From positions 12,227,398-12,291,397 of the forward strand of contig CM082588.2 in NCBI GenBank assembly GCA_040954595.2: a stretch of 64,000 nucleotides of DNA, given 5' to 3'. A model generated the notes under the pieces. It saw nothing but the letters and a program-made list of their open reading frames with translations, had not been told where the DNA came from and did no database searches. The DNA comes from Balanoglossus misakiensis (Eukaryota; Animalia; Hemichordata). A program made the translations under genes and the position numbers. The first letter of the stretch is position 1. The number at the start of each line of letters is the position of its first letter. Below, piece by piece: positions 15,001-27,481 of the stretch.

Positions 15001-18000
15001 CTGGAATGTTGTAAGGGATAGATTAATATTGCAAATAATTTAATTTCTTACATCATAAATGGAATTCAAAGAAACGTCACGTAACAGGATATGTATAGTT
15101 TCAAGGCTTTGTTTTGGAATAACGAATTCTCTACAAGATTTAAGTGGAACAGTCACAGAATGAAAACAAATATGGAAAGAGTTATGCTGGAATGTTGTAA
15201 GGGATAGATTAATATTGCAAATAATTTAAATTCTTACATCATAAAATGAATTCAAAGAATGGTCACATAACTGGATATGTTTTACTAAAAAGACTTATGT
15301 TATAGTTTCAAGGCTTTGTTTTGGAATAACGAATTCTCTACACGATTTAAGTGGAACAGTTACAGAATGAAAACAAATATGGAAAGAGTTATGTTGGAAT
15401 GTTGTAAGGGATAGTTATATATTGCAAATAATTTAATTTCTTACATCATAAATGAAATTCAAAGAATGGTCAAATAACGGGCCATGTTTTACTATAAAGA
15501 CTTAATATGTATAGTTTGAAGGCTTTGTTTTGGAATAACGAATTCTCTACAAGATTTAAGTGTAACAGTTACAGAATGAAAACAAATATGGAAAGAGTTA
15601 TGCCGGAATGTTGTAAGGAATAGATTAATATTGCAAATAATTTAATTTCTTACATCATAAATGGAATTCAAAGAATGGTCACATAACGGGCCATGTTTTA
15701 CAAAAAGACTTATGTATAGTTTCAAGGCTTTGTTTTGGAATAACGAATTCTCTACAAGATTTAAGTGGAACAGTCACAGAATGAAAACAAATATGGAAAG
15801 AGATATGCTGGAATGTTGTAAGGGATAGATTAATATTGCAAATAATTTAATTTCTTACATCATAAAATGAATTCAAAGAATGGTCACATAACAGGATATG
15901 TTTTACTAAAAAGACTTATGTTATAGTTTCAAGGCTTTGTTTTGGAATAACGAATTCTCTACAAGATTTAATTGGAACAGTTACAGAATGAAAACAAATA
16001 TGGAAAGAGTTATGCCGGAATGTTGTAAGGAATAGATTAATATTGCAAATAATTTAATTTCTTACATCATAAATGGAATTCAAAGAAACGTCACGTAACA
16101 GGATATGTATAGTTTCAAGGCTTTGTTTTGGAATAACGAATTCTCTACAAGATTTAAGTGGAACAGTCACAGAATGAAAACAAATATGGAAAGAGTTATG
16201 CTGGAATGTTGTAAGGGATAGATTAAAATTGCAAATAATTTAATTTCTTACATCGTAAAATGAATTCAAAGAATGGTCACATAACTGGATATGTTTTACT
16301 AAAAAGACTTATGTTATAGTTTCAAGGCTTTGTTTTGGAATAACGAATTCTCTACACGATTTAAGTGGAACAGTTACAGAATGAAAACAAATATGGAAAG
16401 AGTTATGTTGGAATGTTGTAAGGGATAGATTAATATTGCAAATAATTTAAATTCTTACATCATAAAATGAATTCAAAGAATGGTCACATAACTGGATATG
16501 TTTTACTAAAAAGACTTATGTTATAGTTTCAAGGCTTTGTTTTGGAATAACGAATTCTCTACACGATTTAAGTGGAACAGTTACAGAATGAAAACAAATA
16601 TGGAAAAAGTTATGTTGGAATGTTGTAAGGGATAGTTATATATTGCAAATAATTTAATTTCTTACACCATCAATGAAATTCAAAGAATGGTCAAATAACG
16701 GGCCATGTTTTACTATAAAGACTTAATATGTTATAGTTTCAAGGCTTTGTTTTGGAATAACGAACTCTCTACAAGATTTAAGTGGAACAGTCACAGAATG
16801 AAAACAAATATGGAAAGAGTTATGCCAGAATGTTGTAAGGAATAGATTAATATTGCAAATAATTTAATTTCTTACATCATAAATGGAATTCAAAGAATCG
16901 TCACGTAACAGGATATGTATAGTTTCAAGGCTTTGTTTTGGAATAACGAATTCTCTACAGGATTTAAGTGGAACAGTCACAGAATGAAAACAAATATGGA
17001 AAGAGTTATGCTGGAATGTTGTAAGGGATAGATTAATATTGCAAATAATTTAATTACTTAGATCATAAATGGAATTCAAAGAATGGCCACATAACGGGCC
17101 ATGTTTTACTAAAAAGACTTATGTATAGTTTCAAGGCTTTGCTTTGGAATAACGAATTCTCTCCAAGATTTAAGTTGAACAGTTACAGAATGAAAACAAA
17201 TATTCAAATATTTATGCTGGAATGTTGTAAGGGATAGATTAATATTGCAAATAATTTAATTTCTTACATCATAAAATGAATTCAAAGAATGGTCACATAA
17301 CTGGATATGTTTTACTAAAAAGACTTATGTTATAGTTTCAAGGCTTTGTTATGGAATAACGAATTCTCTACAAGATTTAAGTGGAACAGTCACAGAATGA
17401 AAACAAATATGGAAAGAGATATGCTGGAATGTTGTAAGGGATAGATTAATATTGCAAATAATTTAATTTCTTCCATCATAAATGGAATTCAAAGAATGGT
17501 CACATAACGGGCCATGTTTTACAAAAAGACTTATGTATAGTTTCAAGGCTTTGTTTTGGAATAACGAATTCTCTTCAAGATTTAAGTGGAACAGTCACAG
17601 AATGAAAACAAATATGGAAAGAGTTATGCTGGAATGTTGTAAGGGATAGATTAATATTGCAAATAATTTAAATTCTTACATCATAAATGAAATTCAAAGA
17701 ATGGTCAAATAACGAGCCATGTTTTACTAAAAAGACTTAATATGTATAGTTTCAAGGCTTTGTTTTGGAATAACGAATTCTCTACAAGATTTAAGTGGAA
17801 CAGTTACAGATTGAAAACTAATATGGAAAGAGTTATGTTGGAATGTTGTAAGGGATAGTTATATATTGCAAATAATTTAATTTCTTACATCATAAATGAA
17901 ATTCAAAGAATGGTCAAATAACGGGCCATGTTTTACTAAAAAGACTTAATATGTATAGTTTGAAGGCTTTGTTTTGAAATAACGAATTCTCTACAAGATT

Positions 18001-21000
18001 TAAGTTGAACTGTCACAGAATGAAAACAAATATGGAAAGCGTTATGCCGGAATGTTGTAAGGGATAGATTAATATTGCAAATAATTTAATTTCTTACATC
18101 ATAAATGGAATTCAAAGAATGTTCACATAACGGGCCATGTTTTACAAAAAGACTTATGTATAGTTTCAAGGCTTTGTTTTGGAATAACGAATTCTCTACA
18201 AGATTTAAGTGGAACAGTCACAGAATGAAAACAAATATGGAAAGAGATATGCTGGAATGTTGTAAGGGATAGATTAATATTGCAAATAATTTAATTTCTT
18301 ACATCATAAAATGAATTCAAAGAATGGTCACATAACAGGATATGTTTTACTAAAAAGACTTATGTTATAGTTTCAAGGCTTTGTTTTGGAATAACGAATT
18401 CTCTACAAGATTTAAGTGGAACAGTTACAGAATGAAAACAAATATGGAAAGAGTTATGCCGGAATGTTGTAAGGAATAGATTAATATTGCAAATAATTTA
18501 ATTTCTTACATCATAAATGGAATTCAAAGAAACGTCACGTAACAGGATATGTATAGTTTCAAGGCTTTGTTTTGGAATAACGAATTCTCTACAAGATTAA
18601 AGTGGAACAGTCACAGAATGAAAACAAATATGGAAAGAGTTATGCTGGAATGTTGTAAGGGATAGATTAATATTGCAAATAATTTAATTTCTTACATTAT
18701 AAAATGAATTCAAAGAATGGTCACATAACTGGATATGTTTTACTAAAAAGACTTATGTTATAGTTTCAAGGCTTTGTTTTGGAATAACGAATTCTCTACA
18801 AGATTTAAGTGGAACAGTTACAGAATGAAAACAAATATGGAAAGAGTTATGCCGGAATGTTGTAAGGAATAGATTAATATTGCAAATAATTTAATTTCTT
18901 ACATCATAAATGGAATTCAAAGAAACGTCACGTAACAGGATATGTATAGTTTCAAGGCTTTGTTTTGGAATAACGAATTCTCTACAAGATTAAAGTGGAA
19001 CAGTCACATAATGAAAACAAATATGGAAAGAGTTATGCTGGAATGTTGTAAGGGATAGATTAATATTGCAAATAATTTAATTTCTTACATTATAAAATGA
19101 ATTCAAAGAATGGTCACATAACTGGATATGTTTTACTAAAAAGACTTATGTTATAGTTTCAAGGCTTTGTTTTGGAATAACGAATTCTCTACACGATTTA
19201 AGTGGAACAGTTACAGAATGAAAACAAATATGGAAAGAGTTATGTTGGAATGTTGTAAGGGATAGATTAATATTGCAAATAATTTAAATTCTTACATCAT
19301 AAAATGAATTCAAAGAATGGTCACATAACTGGATATGTTTTACTAAAAAGACTTATGTTATAGTTTCAAGGCTTTGTTTTGGAATAACGAATTCTCTACA
19401 CGATTTAAGTGGAACAGTTACAGAATGAAAACAAATATGGAAAGAGTTATGTTGGAATGTTGTAAGGGATAGTTATATATTGCAAATAATTTAATTTCTT
19501 ACACCATCAATGAAATTCAAAGAATGGTCAAATAACGGGCCATGTTTTACTATAAAGACTTAATATGTATAGTTTGAAGGCTTTGTTTTGGAATAACGAA
19601 TTCTCTACAAGATTTAAGTGTAACAGTTACAGAATGAAAACAAATATGGAAAGAGTTATGCCGGAATGTTGTAAGGGATAGATTAATATTGCAAATAATT
19701 TAATTTCTTACATCATAAATGGAATTCACAGAATGGTCACATAACAGGATATGTTTTACTAAAAAGACTTATGTTATAGTTTCAAGGCTTTGTTTTGGAA
19801 TAACGAACTCTCTACAAGATTTAAGTGGAACAGTCACAGAATGAAAACAAATATGGAAAGAGTTATGCCAGAATGTTGTAAGGAATAGATTAATATTGCA
19901 AATAATTTAATTTCTTACATCATAAATGGAATTCAAACAATCGTCACGTAACAGGATATGTATAGTTTCAAGGCTTTGTTTTGGAATAACGAATTCTCTA
20001 CAGGATTTAAGTGGAACAGTCACAGAATGAAAACAAATATGGAAAGAGTTATGCTGGAATGTTTTAAGGGATAGATTAATTTTGCAAATAATTTAATTAC
20101 TTAGATCATAAATGGAATTCAAAGAATGGTCACATAACGGGCCATGTTTTACTAAAAAGACTTATGTATAGTTTCAAGGCTTTGCTTTGGAATAACGAAT
20201 TCTCTCCAAGATTTAAGTTGAACAGTTACAGAATGAAAACAAATATTCAAATATTTATGCTGGAATGTTGTAAGGGATAGATTAATATTGCAAATAATTT
20301 AATTTCTTACATCATAAAATGAATTCAAAGAATGGTCACATAACTGGATATGTTTTACTAAAAAGACTTATGTTATAGTTTCAAGGCTTTGTTATGGAAT
20401 AACGAATTCTCTACAAGATTTAAGTGGAACAGTCACAGAATGAAAACAAATATGGAAAGAGATATGCTGGAATGTTGTAAGGGATAGATTAATATTGCAA
20501 ATAATTTAATTTCTTCCATCATAAATGGAATTCAAAGAATGGTCACATAACGGGCCATGTTTTACAAAAAGACTTATGTATAGTTTCAAGGCTTTGTTTT
20601 GGAATAACGAATTCTCTACACGATTTAAGTGGAACAGTTACATAATGAAAACAAATATGGAAAGAGTTATGTTGGAATGTTGTAAGGGAGAGTTATATAT
20701 TGCAAATAATTTAATTTCTTACATCATAAATGAAATTCAAAGAATGGTCAAATAACGGGCCATGTTTTACTATAAAGACTTAATATGTATAGTTTGAAGG
20801 CTTTGTTTTGGAATAACGAATTCTCTACAAGATTTAAGTGTAACAGTTACAGAATGAAAACAAATATGGAAAGAGTTATGCCGGAATGTTGTAAGGAATA
20901 GATTAATATTGCAAATAATTTAATTTCTTACATCATAAATGGAATTCAAAGAAACGTCACGTAACAGGATATGTATAGTTTCAAGGCTTTGTTTTGGAAT

Positions 21001-24000
21001 AACGAATTCTCTACAAGATTTAAGTGGCACAGTCACAGAATGAAAACAAATATGGAAAGAGTTATGCTGAAATGTTGTAAGGGATAGATTAATATTGCAT
21101 AAAATTTAATTTCTTACATCATAAATGGAATTCAAAGAATGGTCACATAACTGGATATGTTTAACTAAAAAGACTTATGTTATAGTTTCAAGTCTTTGTT
21201 TTGGAATAACGAATTCTCTACAAGATTTAAGTGGAACAGTCACAGAATGAAAACAAATATGGAAAGAGATATGCTGGAATGTTGTAAGGGATAGATTAAT
21301 ATTGCAAATAATTTAATTTCTTACATCATAAATGGAATTCAAAGAATGGTCACATAACGGGCCATGTTTTACAAAAAGACTTATGTATAGTTTCAAGGCT
21401 TTGTTTTGGAATAACGAATTCTCTAAAAGATTTAAGTGGAACAGTCACAGAATGAAAACAAATATGGAAAGAGTTATGCTGGAATGTTGTAAGGGATAGA
21501 TTAATATAGCAAATAATTTAAATTCTTACATTAAAAATGAATTCAAAGAATGGTCACATAACTGGATATGTTTTAGTAAAAAGACTTATGTTATAGTTTC
21601 AAGGCTTTGTTTTGGAATAACGAATTCTCTACACGATTTAAGTGGAACAGTTACAGAATGAAAACAAATATGGAAAGAGTTATGTTGGAATGTTGTAAGG
21701 GATAGTTATATATTGCAAATAATTTAATTTCTTACATCATAAATGAAATTCAAAGAATGGTCAAATAACGGGCCATGTTTTACTAAAAAGACTTAATATG
21801 TATAGTTTGAAGGCTTTGTTTTGGAATAACGAATTCTCTACAAGATTTAAGTGTAACAGTTACAGAATGAAAACAAATATGGAAAGAGTTATGCCGGAAT
21901 GTTGTAAGGAATAGATTAATATTGCAAATAATTTAATTTCTTACATCATAAATGGAATTCAAAGAAACGTCACGTAACAGGATATGTATAGTTTCAAGGC
22001 TTTGTTTTGGAATAACGAATTCTCTACAAGATTTAAGTGGCACAGTCACAGAATGAAAACAAATATGGAAAGAGTTATGCTGAAATGTTGTAAGGGATAG
22101 ATTAATATTGCATAAAATTTAATTTCTTACATCATAAATGGAATTCAAAGAATGGTCACATAACTGGATATGTTTTACTAAAAAGACTTATGTTATAGTT
22201 TCAAGGCTTTGTTTTGGAATAACGAATTCTCTACAAGATTTAAGTGGAACAGTCACATAATGAAAACAAATATGGAAAGAGATATGCTGGAATGTTGTAA
22301 GGGATAGATTAATATTGCAAATAATTTAATTTCTTACATCATAAATGGAATTCAAAGAATGGTCACATAACGGGCCATGTTTTACAAAAAGACTTATGTA
22401 TAGTTTCAAGGCTTTGTTTTGGAATAACGAATTCTCTAAAAGATTTAAGTGGAACAGTCACAGAATGAAAACAAATATGGAAAGAGTTATGCTGGAATGT
22501 TGTAAGGGATAGATTAATATAGCAAATAATTTAAATTCTTACATTAAAAATGAATTCAAAGAATGGTCACATAACTGGATATGTTTTACTAAAAAGACTT
22601 ATGTTATAGTTTCAAGGCTTTGTTTTGGAATAACGAATTCTCTACACGATTTAAGTGGAACAGTTACAGAATGAAAACAAATATGGAAAGAGTTATGTTG
22701 GAATGTTGTAAGGGATAGTTATATATTGCAAATAATTTAATTTCTTACATCATAAATGAAATTCAAAGAATGGTCAAATAACGGGCCATGTTTTACTAAA
22801 AAGACTTAATATGTATAGTTTGAAGGCTTTGTTTTGGAATAACGAATTCTCTACAAGATTTAAGTGTAACAGTTACAGAATGAAAACAAATATGGAAAGA
22901 GTTATGCCGGAATGTTGTAAGGAATAGATTAATATTGCAAATAATTTAATTTCTTACATCATAAATGGAATTCAAAGAAACGTCACGTAACAGGATATGT
23001 ATAGTTTCAAGGCTTTGTTTTGGAATAACGAATTCTCTACAAGATTTAAGTGGCACAGTCACAGAATGAAAACAAATATGGAAAGAGTTATGCTGAAATG
23101 TTGTAAGGGATAGATTAATATTGCATAAAATTTAATTTCTTACATCATAAATGGAATTCAAAGAATGGTCACATAACTGGATATGTTTTACTAAAAAGAC
23201 TAATGTATAGGTTCAAGGCTTTGTTTTGGAATAACGAATTCTCTACAAGATTTAAGTGGAACAGTCACAAAATGAAAACAAATATGGAAAGCGTTATGCC
23301 GGAATGTTGTAAGGGATAGATTAATAATGCAAATAATTTAATTTCTTACATCATCAATGAAATTCAAAGAATGGTCAAATAACGGGCCATGTTTTACTAA
23401 AAAGACGTATGTATAGTTTCAAGGCTTTGTTTTGGAATAAAAAAATTCTCTACAAGATTTAAGTGCAACAGTCACAGAATGAAAACAAATATGGAAAGCG
23501 TTATGCCGGAATGTTGTAAGGGATAGATTAATATTGCAAACAATTTAATTTCTTACATCATAAAGGGAATTCAAAGAATGGTCACATAACGGGCCATGTT
23601 TTACTAAATAAGACTTATGTATAGTTTTAAGGCTTTGTTTTGGAATAACGAATTCTCTCCAAGATTTAAGTTGAACAGTTACAGAATGAAAACAAATATT
23701 CAAATAGTTATGCTGGAATGTTGTAACGGATAGATTAATATTGCAAATAATTTAATTTCTTACATCATAAATGAAATTCAAAGAATGGTCAAATAACAGG
23801 CTATGTTTTACTAAAAAGACTTATGTATAGTTTCAAGGCTTTGTTTTGGAATAACGAATTCTCTACAAGATTTAAGTGGAACAGTCACAAAATGAAAACA
23901 AATATGAAAACAGTTATGTCGGAATGTTGTAAGGGATAGATTAATATTGCAAATAATTTAATTTCTTACATCATAAATGGAATTCAAAGAATGGTCACAT

Positions 24001-24727
24001 AACGGGCCATGTTTTACTAAAAAGACTTATGTTATAGTTTCAAGGCTTTGTGTTGGAATAACAAATTCTCTCCAAGATTTAAGTGAAACAGTCACAGAAT
24101 GAAAACAAATATGGAAAGCGTTATGCCGGAATGTTGTAAGGTATAGATTAATATTGCAAATAATTTAATTTCTTAAGTCATAAATGTTATTCAAAGAATG
24201 GTCACATAACGGGCCATGTTTTACTAAAAATACATGTATAGTTTCAAGGGTTTGTGTTGAAATACCGAATTCTCTCAAAGATTTAAGTGGAACAGTCACA
24301 GAATGAAAACAAATATGGAAAGCGTTATGCCAGATTGTTGTAAGGAATAGATTAATATTGCAAATAATTTAATTTCTTACATCATAAAATGAATTCAAAG
24401 AATGGTCACATAACAGGATATGTTTTACTAAAAAGACTTATGCATAGTTTCAAGGCTTTGTTGTGGAATAACGAATTCTCTACAAGATTTAAGTGGAACA
24501 GTCACAAAATGAAAACAAATATGGAAAGTGTTATGCCGGAATGTTGTAAGTGATACATTAATATTGCAAATAATTTAATTTTTTACATCATAATTTATTT
24601 TCTTACATCATAAATGGAATTCAAGGTATGGTCACATAACGGGCCATGTTTTACTAAAAAGACTTATGTATAGTTTCAAGGCTTTGTTTGTTCTCTCCAA
24701 GATTTAAGTGGAACAGTTACAGAATGA
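1..24727. repeat. Tandem satellite DNA array, AT-rich monomer ~185-209 bp (roughly 120 copies), with higher-order repeats
   Basis: TATAGTTT(C/G)AAGGCTTTGTTTTGGAATAACGAATTCTCTACAAGATTTAAGTGGAACAG... recurs head-to-tail. A short variant (AAACGTCACGTAACAGGATATGTATAG) lacks ~20 bp. Lines at 2401/3601/4801 are identical. The array runs off the left edge. Confidence 0.98.
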
Positions 24728-25374
24728 GTAGAAGCTATGTGAAAGGTAACTTGACAAAGGTAAGTTTGCAGCTACAATCTCCACTTATAAACAATGACCA
24801 TGGGGAAATGTAGCATACTAAAATAGCAGAATCCGTGGACTTTTGCATGCATCCTGTGCCATATACCGGTACAGACGGTATTTTCATGAGTGATGCAGTG
24901 TATTCTGTGCCAGTCATGATTTCACTTGTTCATTAGTGAAAATAACTTCAGTACAGCACAGATCACACACATAGAGTTCTGCTATTATTGCATATGTTCC
25001 CTCAGATTTCACAAAAATTAATGTGCAAGAATCTATCATATACACCTGACTCTATTCAATAAAAAAATTTGTGAGTGTGTTGATAATTTTCACACATTTG
25101 AATAATAGATAGTAATGAAATATTTTTACAGCTGCAAGCTGGCATGGCACATGTGAAGCATCCATAGAGGAGGAAACAGCCAACAATGACATGGACAGGT
25201 AATGTCACAACTCCATTGTGTCACAAGGTTGAACACGCAGTGTTTTACAATGCTGTTCATTTATCACTTTCACTTTAAACAGCTACTGTAAACTTATTAA
25301 AACCATGGTTTATGAGATACGGTGGACCATGATATACTCCTTCACAGACTTCAATTCCATTTTGGCATCACTGG

Positions 25375-25492
25375 TGTTACGATATATGACTGATATAGCA
25401 GTGAGATATGCTAATTACTACTGTTAACCTTTGACCCCTACTCCAGTGTAAGCCGCCATCTTGAGCTACAATAAAATCCACTACACGAGACA
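25375..25492 (+). repeat. Gypsy 5' LTR (118 bp)
   Basis: TGTTACGATA...ACGAGACA, identical to 30061-30178; contains AATAAA. Confidence 0.97.
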
Positions 25493-25507
25493 TGGTGTCA
25501 GAAGTGG
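25493..25507 (+). promoter_or_regulatory. Primer binding site complementary to the tRNA-Leu 3' end
   Basis: TGGTGTCAGAAGTGG directly follows the LTR and is the reverse complement of the ...CCACTTCTGACACCA end of eukaryotic tRNA-Leu (from memory of the tRNA sequence). Confidence 0.85.
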
Positions 25508-25687
25508 TCGATTTGGTGTAATTTCAAGCCACTAAATCGCAACCGAACGATAACTCACGAAGCCTAACGACACAGCGGAGCGTTTCAGAAGACTCCATCG
25601 TTAGTAAGTGAAACGAATAGTGATAAAATACGAATCACTGCATCGACTGAAAAGCCAGACAGTCACGTGCGCATTGAATGAACAAAC

Positions 25688-27481
25688 ATGGCGACGAGCA
25701 ATTTTCCCGTTCCGGCAGCCATGGACATGAAAGGCGATCTCGTACAGAATTGGTCTTTCTTCAGATCACAGTGGGAAGACTACGAAGTCGCAACAGCTCT
25801 GGAAACCAAAGGTGATGAGATCAGAGTTGCCACACTACGTTCTGTACTGGGAAAAGACTGCCTGAGAGTATACAAACACCTCGATATGACGGAGGACGAC
25901 AAAAAGAAGGTCAAACCAATTTTAGATGCGCTAGAGAAACATTTTGAGCCAACAAGAAACGTGATCTACGAACGGTATGTATTCAATACCAGCGATCAGG
26001 ATGCTACTGAAACCATTGAACAATATGTCACCAGATTACGGCAACTGGCTGACACTTGCAAATTTGAAGCCCTAAAAGATGACCTGATCAGAGATAGAAT
26101 AGTACTGGGTACAAAAGATAATGCTGCACGAGCCAGAATGCTGAGAGAGTCCAAGCTGACCTTGAACCTAGCCATAGAAATGTGTCGCAGCAGTGAAGCC
26201 ACACAAATGCAGCTGAAACGAATCAGTACCAATACAGAAGTTCAAGCAATAAACTTCTCATCCAAAACAAGACAGCAATACAAAAGAAAACCGAACTCAT
26301 ACAAGCGTGACAGCACACAAACAGAACAGAAAGAGAAAAAAGAGCCAAGAAAATGCAGATACTGTGGAGGAAAACACATCATAGACAAAACTCTGTGTCC
26401 TGCATATGGTGAAACATGTAAACTGTGTAAGAAGAAAAACCATTATGCAAGAGTTTGCAAACTGAAGCAACACGACCGAGCCAATCGTGATGGACAGAGG
26501 AGAAAAGTCCACATGATAGATGAGCAAGACGAATACTCATCAGATGAATCAGCCCTACACATCCAGCATTATGTGGGATCAGTCAAGTCTACCGGAAAAC
26601 AGTGGTTTGTGAAACTAAACCTGACTGCCGATGGTGGTGACAGATACCCACTAGATTGTCAACTGGATAGTGGTGCAACATGCAATATGATCAGCTATAG
26701 AGATTATTGCAGAATTACACAGGATGGTGATCCACCCCTACAGCCAAGCAAAGTGAAACTGAGACTGTACGGTGACACAACCATGTATCCAAAGGGACAG
26801 TGCAACCTGAAATGCAAATACAGAGGTCACATGTATAACTTGACATTCCAAGTAGTGGACACAACACAGAAACCACTATTGTCAGCAGAAACATGTGAGA
26901 TGTTGAAACTCCTCACTGTCAATGTCAAGCAGCCAGTGAATACGGTCACAGCCACTGAACCGAAGCAAATGGATACACAGCAGCAACCACATGGCAGAGA
27001 AATGCTGACTGAAGAGCAAATACTCACAGAATATTCTGATGTTTTCCATGGTCTTGGATGTCTGCCAGGTGAATATCACTTTGAAATTGACAAGACTGTG
27101 AAACCTGTAAAGCATCAACCACGGAAAGTTCCAGTTCCGATGAGAGCCGAACTGAAAGCAAAGCTGGAATCCCTAGAGAAACAAGGAGTGATAACCAAAG
27201 TTAGCACCCCTACCGACTGGATCAGCAGTATGGTCGCAGTCAAGAAACCTGGTAAACTACGTGTCTGCTTAGACCCCAGCGATCTGAACAAAGCGCTGAA
27301 GCGACCACATTACCCTATGCCTACGATAGAGGAAATACTGCCAAAGCTCACAAATGCCAAACTGTTTACAGTCCTGGATGCCAAGGATGGCTTCTGGCAG
27401 GTCAAATTAGATGAAGAAAGCAGCTATTTGACCACCTTTCGGACGCTACCGCTGGCTACGGATGCCATTTGGAATCAATAG
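25688..27481 (+). CDS. gag-pol: Gypsy Gag + aspartic protease + N-terminal RT (frame broken near 27440)
   Basis: CRYCGGKH...C and CKLCKKKNHYARVC zinc knuckles, LDSGA protease motif, RT motifs LRVCLDP and LDAKDGFWQV. Confidence 0.93.
   Translation: MATSNFPVPAAMDMKGDLVQNWSFFRSQWEDYEVATALETKGDEIRVATLRSVLGKDCLRVYKHLDMTEDDKKKVKPILDALEKHFEPTRNVIYERYVFNTSDQDATETIEQYVTRLRQLADTCKFEALKDDLIRDRIVLGTKDNAARARMLRESKLTLNLAIEMCRSSEATQMQLKRISTNTEVQAINFSSKTRQQYKRKPNSYKRDSTQTEQKEKKEPRKCRYCGGKHIIDKTLCPAYGETCKLCKKKNHYARVCKLKQHDRANRDGQRRKVHMIDEQDEYSSDESALHIQHYVGSVKSTGKQWFVKLNLTADGGDRYPLDCQLDSGATCNMISYRDYCRITQDGDPPLQPSKVKLRLYGDTTMYPKGQCNLKCKYRGHMYNLTFQVVDTTQKPLLSAETCEMLKLLTVNVKQPVNTVTATEPKQMDTQQQPHGREMLTEEQILTEYSDVFHGLGCLPGEYHFEIDKTVKPVKHQPRKVPVPMRAELKAKLESLEKQGVITKVSTPTDWISSMVAVKKPGKLRVCLDPSDLNKALKRPHYPMPTIEEILPKLTNAKLFTVLDAKDGFWQVKLDEESSYLTTFRTLPLATDAIWNQ

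Noticed and set aside
20525-20755. 76-aa ORF in the satellite
   Set aside because: Chance open frame across a monomer junction created by point variants.
1-24727. CRISPR-like or coding repeat array
   Set aside because: Monomers are contiguous near-identical repeats with no unique spacers, no cas genes, and stops in the frames read.
24735-24917. Minus-strand ORF MTGTEYT... (also 36505-36687)
   Set aside because: Shared only through the segmental duplication and antisense to the spliced pseudogene.
25493-25510. tRNA gene
   Set aside because: Only ~15 nt complementary to a tRNA 3' end; this is a PBS.
27440-27481. Programmed gag/pol ribosomal frameshift
   Set aside because: The break is inside RT and residues of the TTFxTPFG motif are missing, which indicates a deletion. 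No slippery heptamer is evident.
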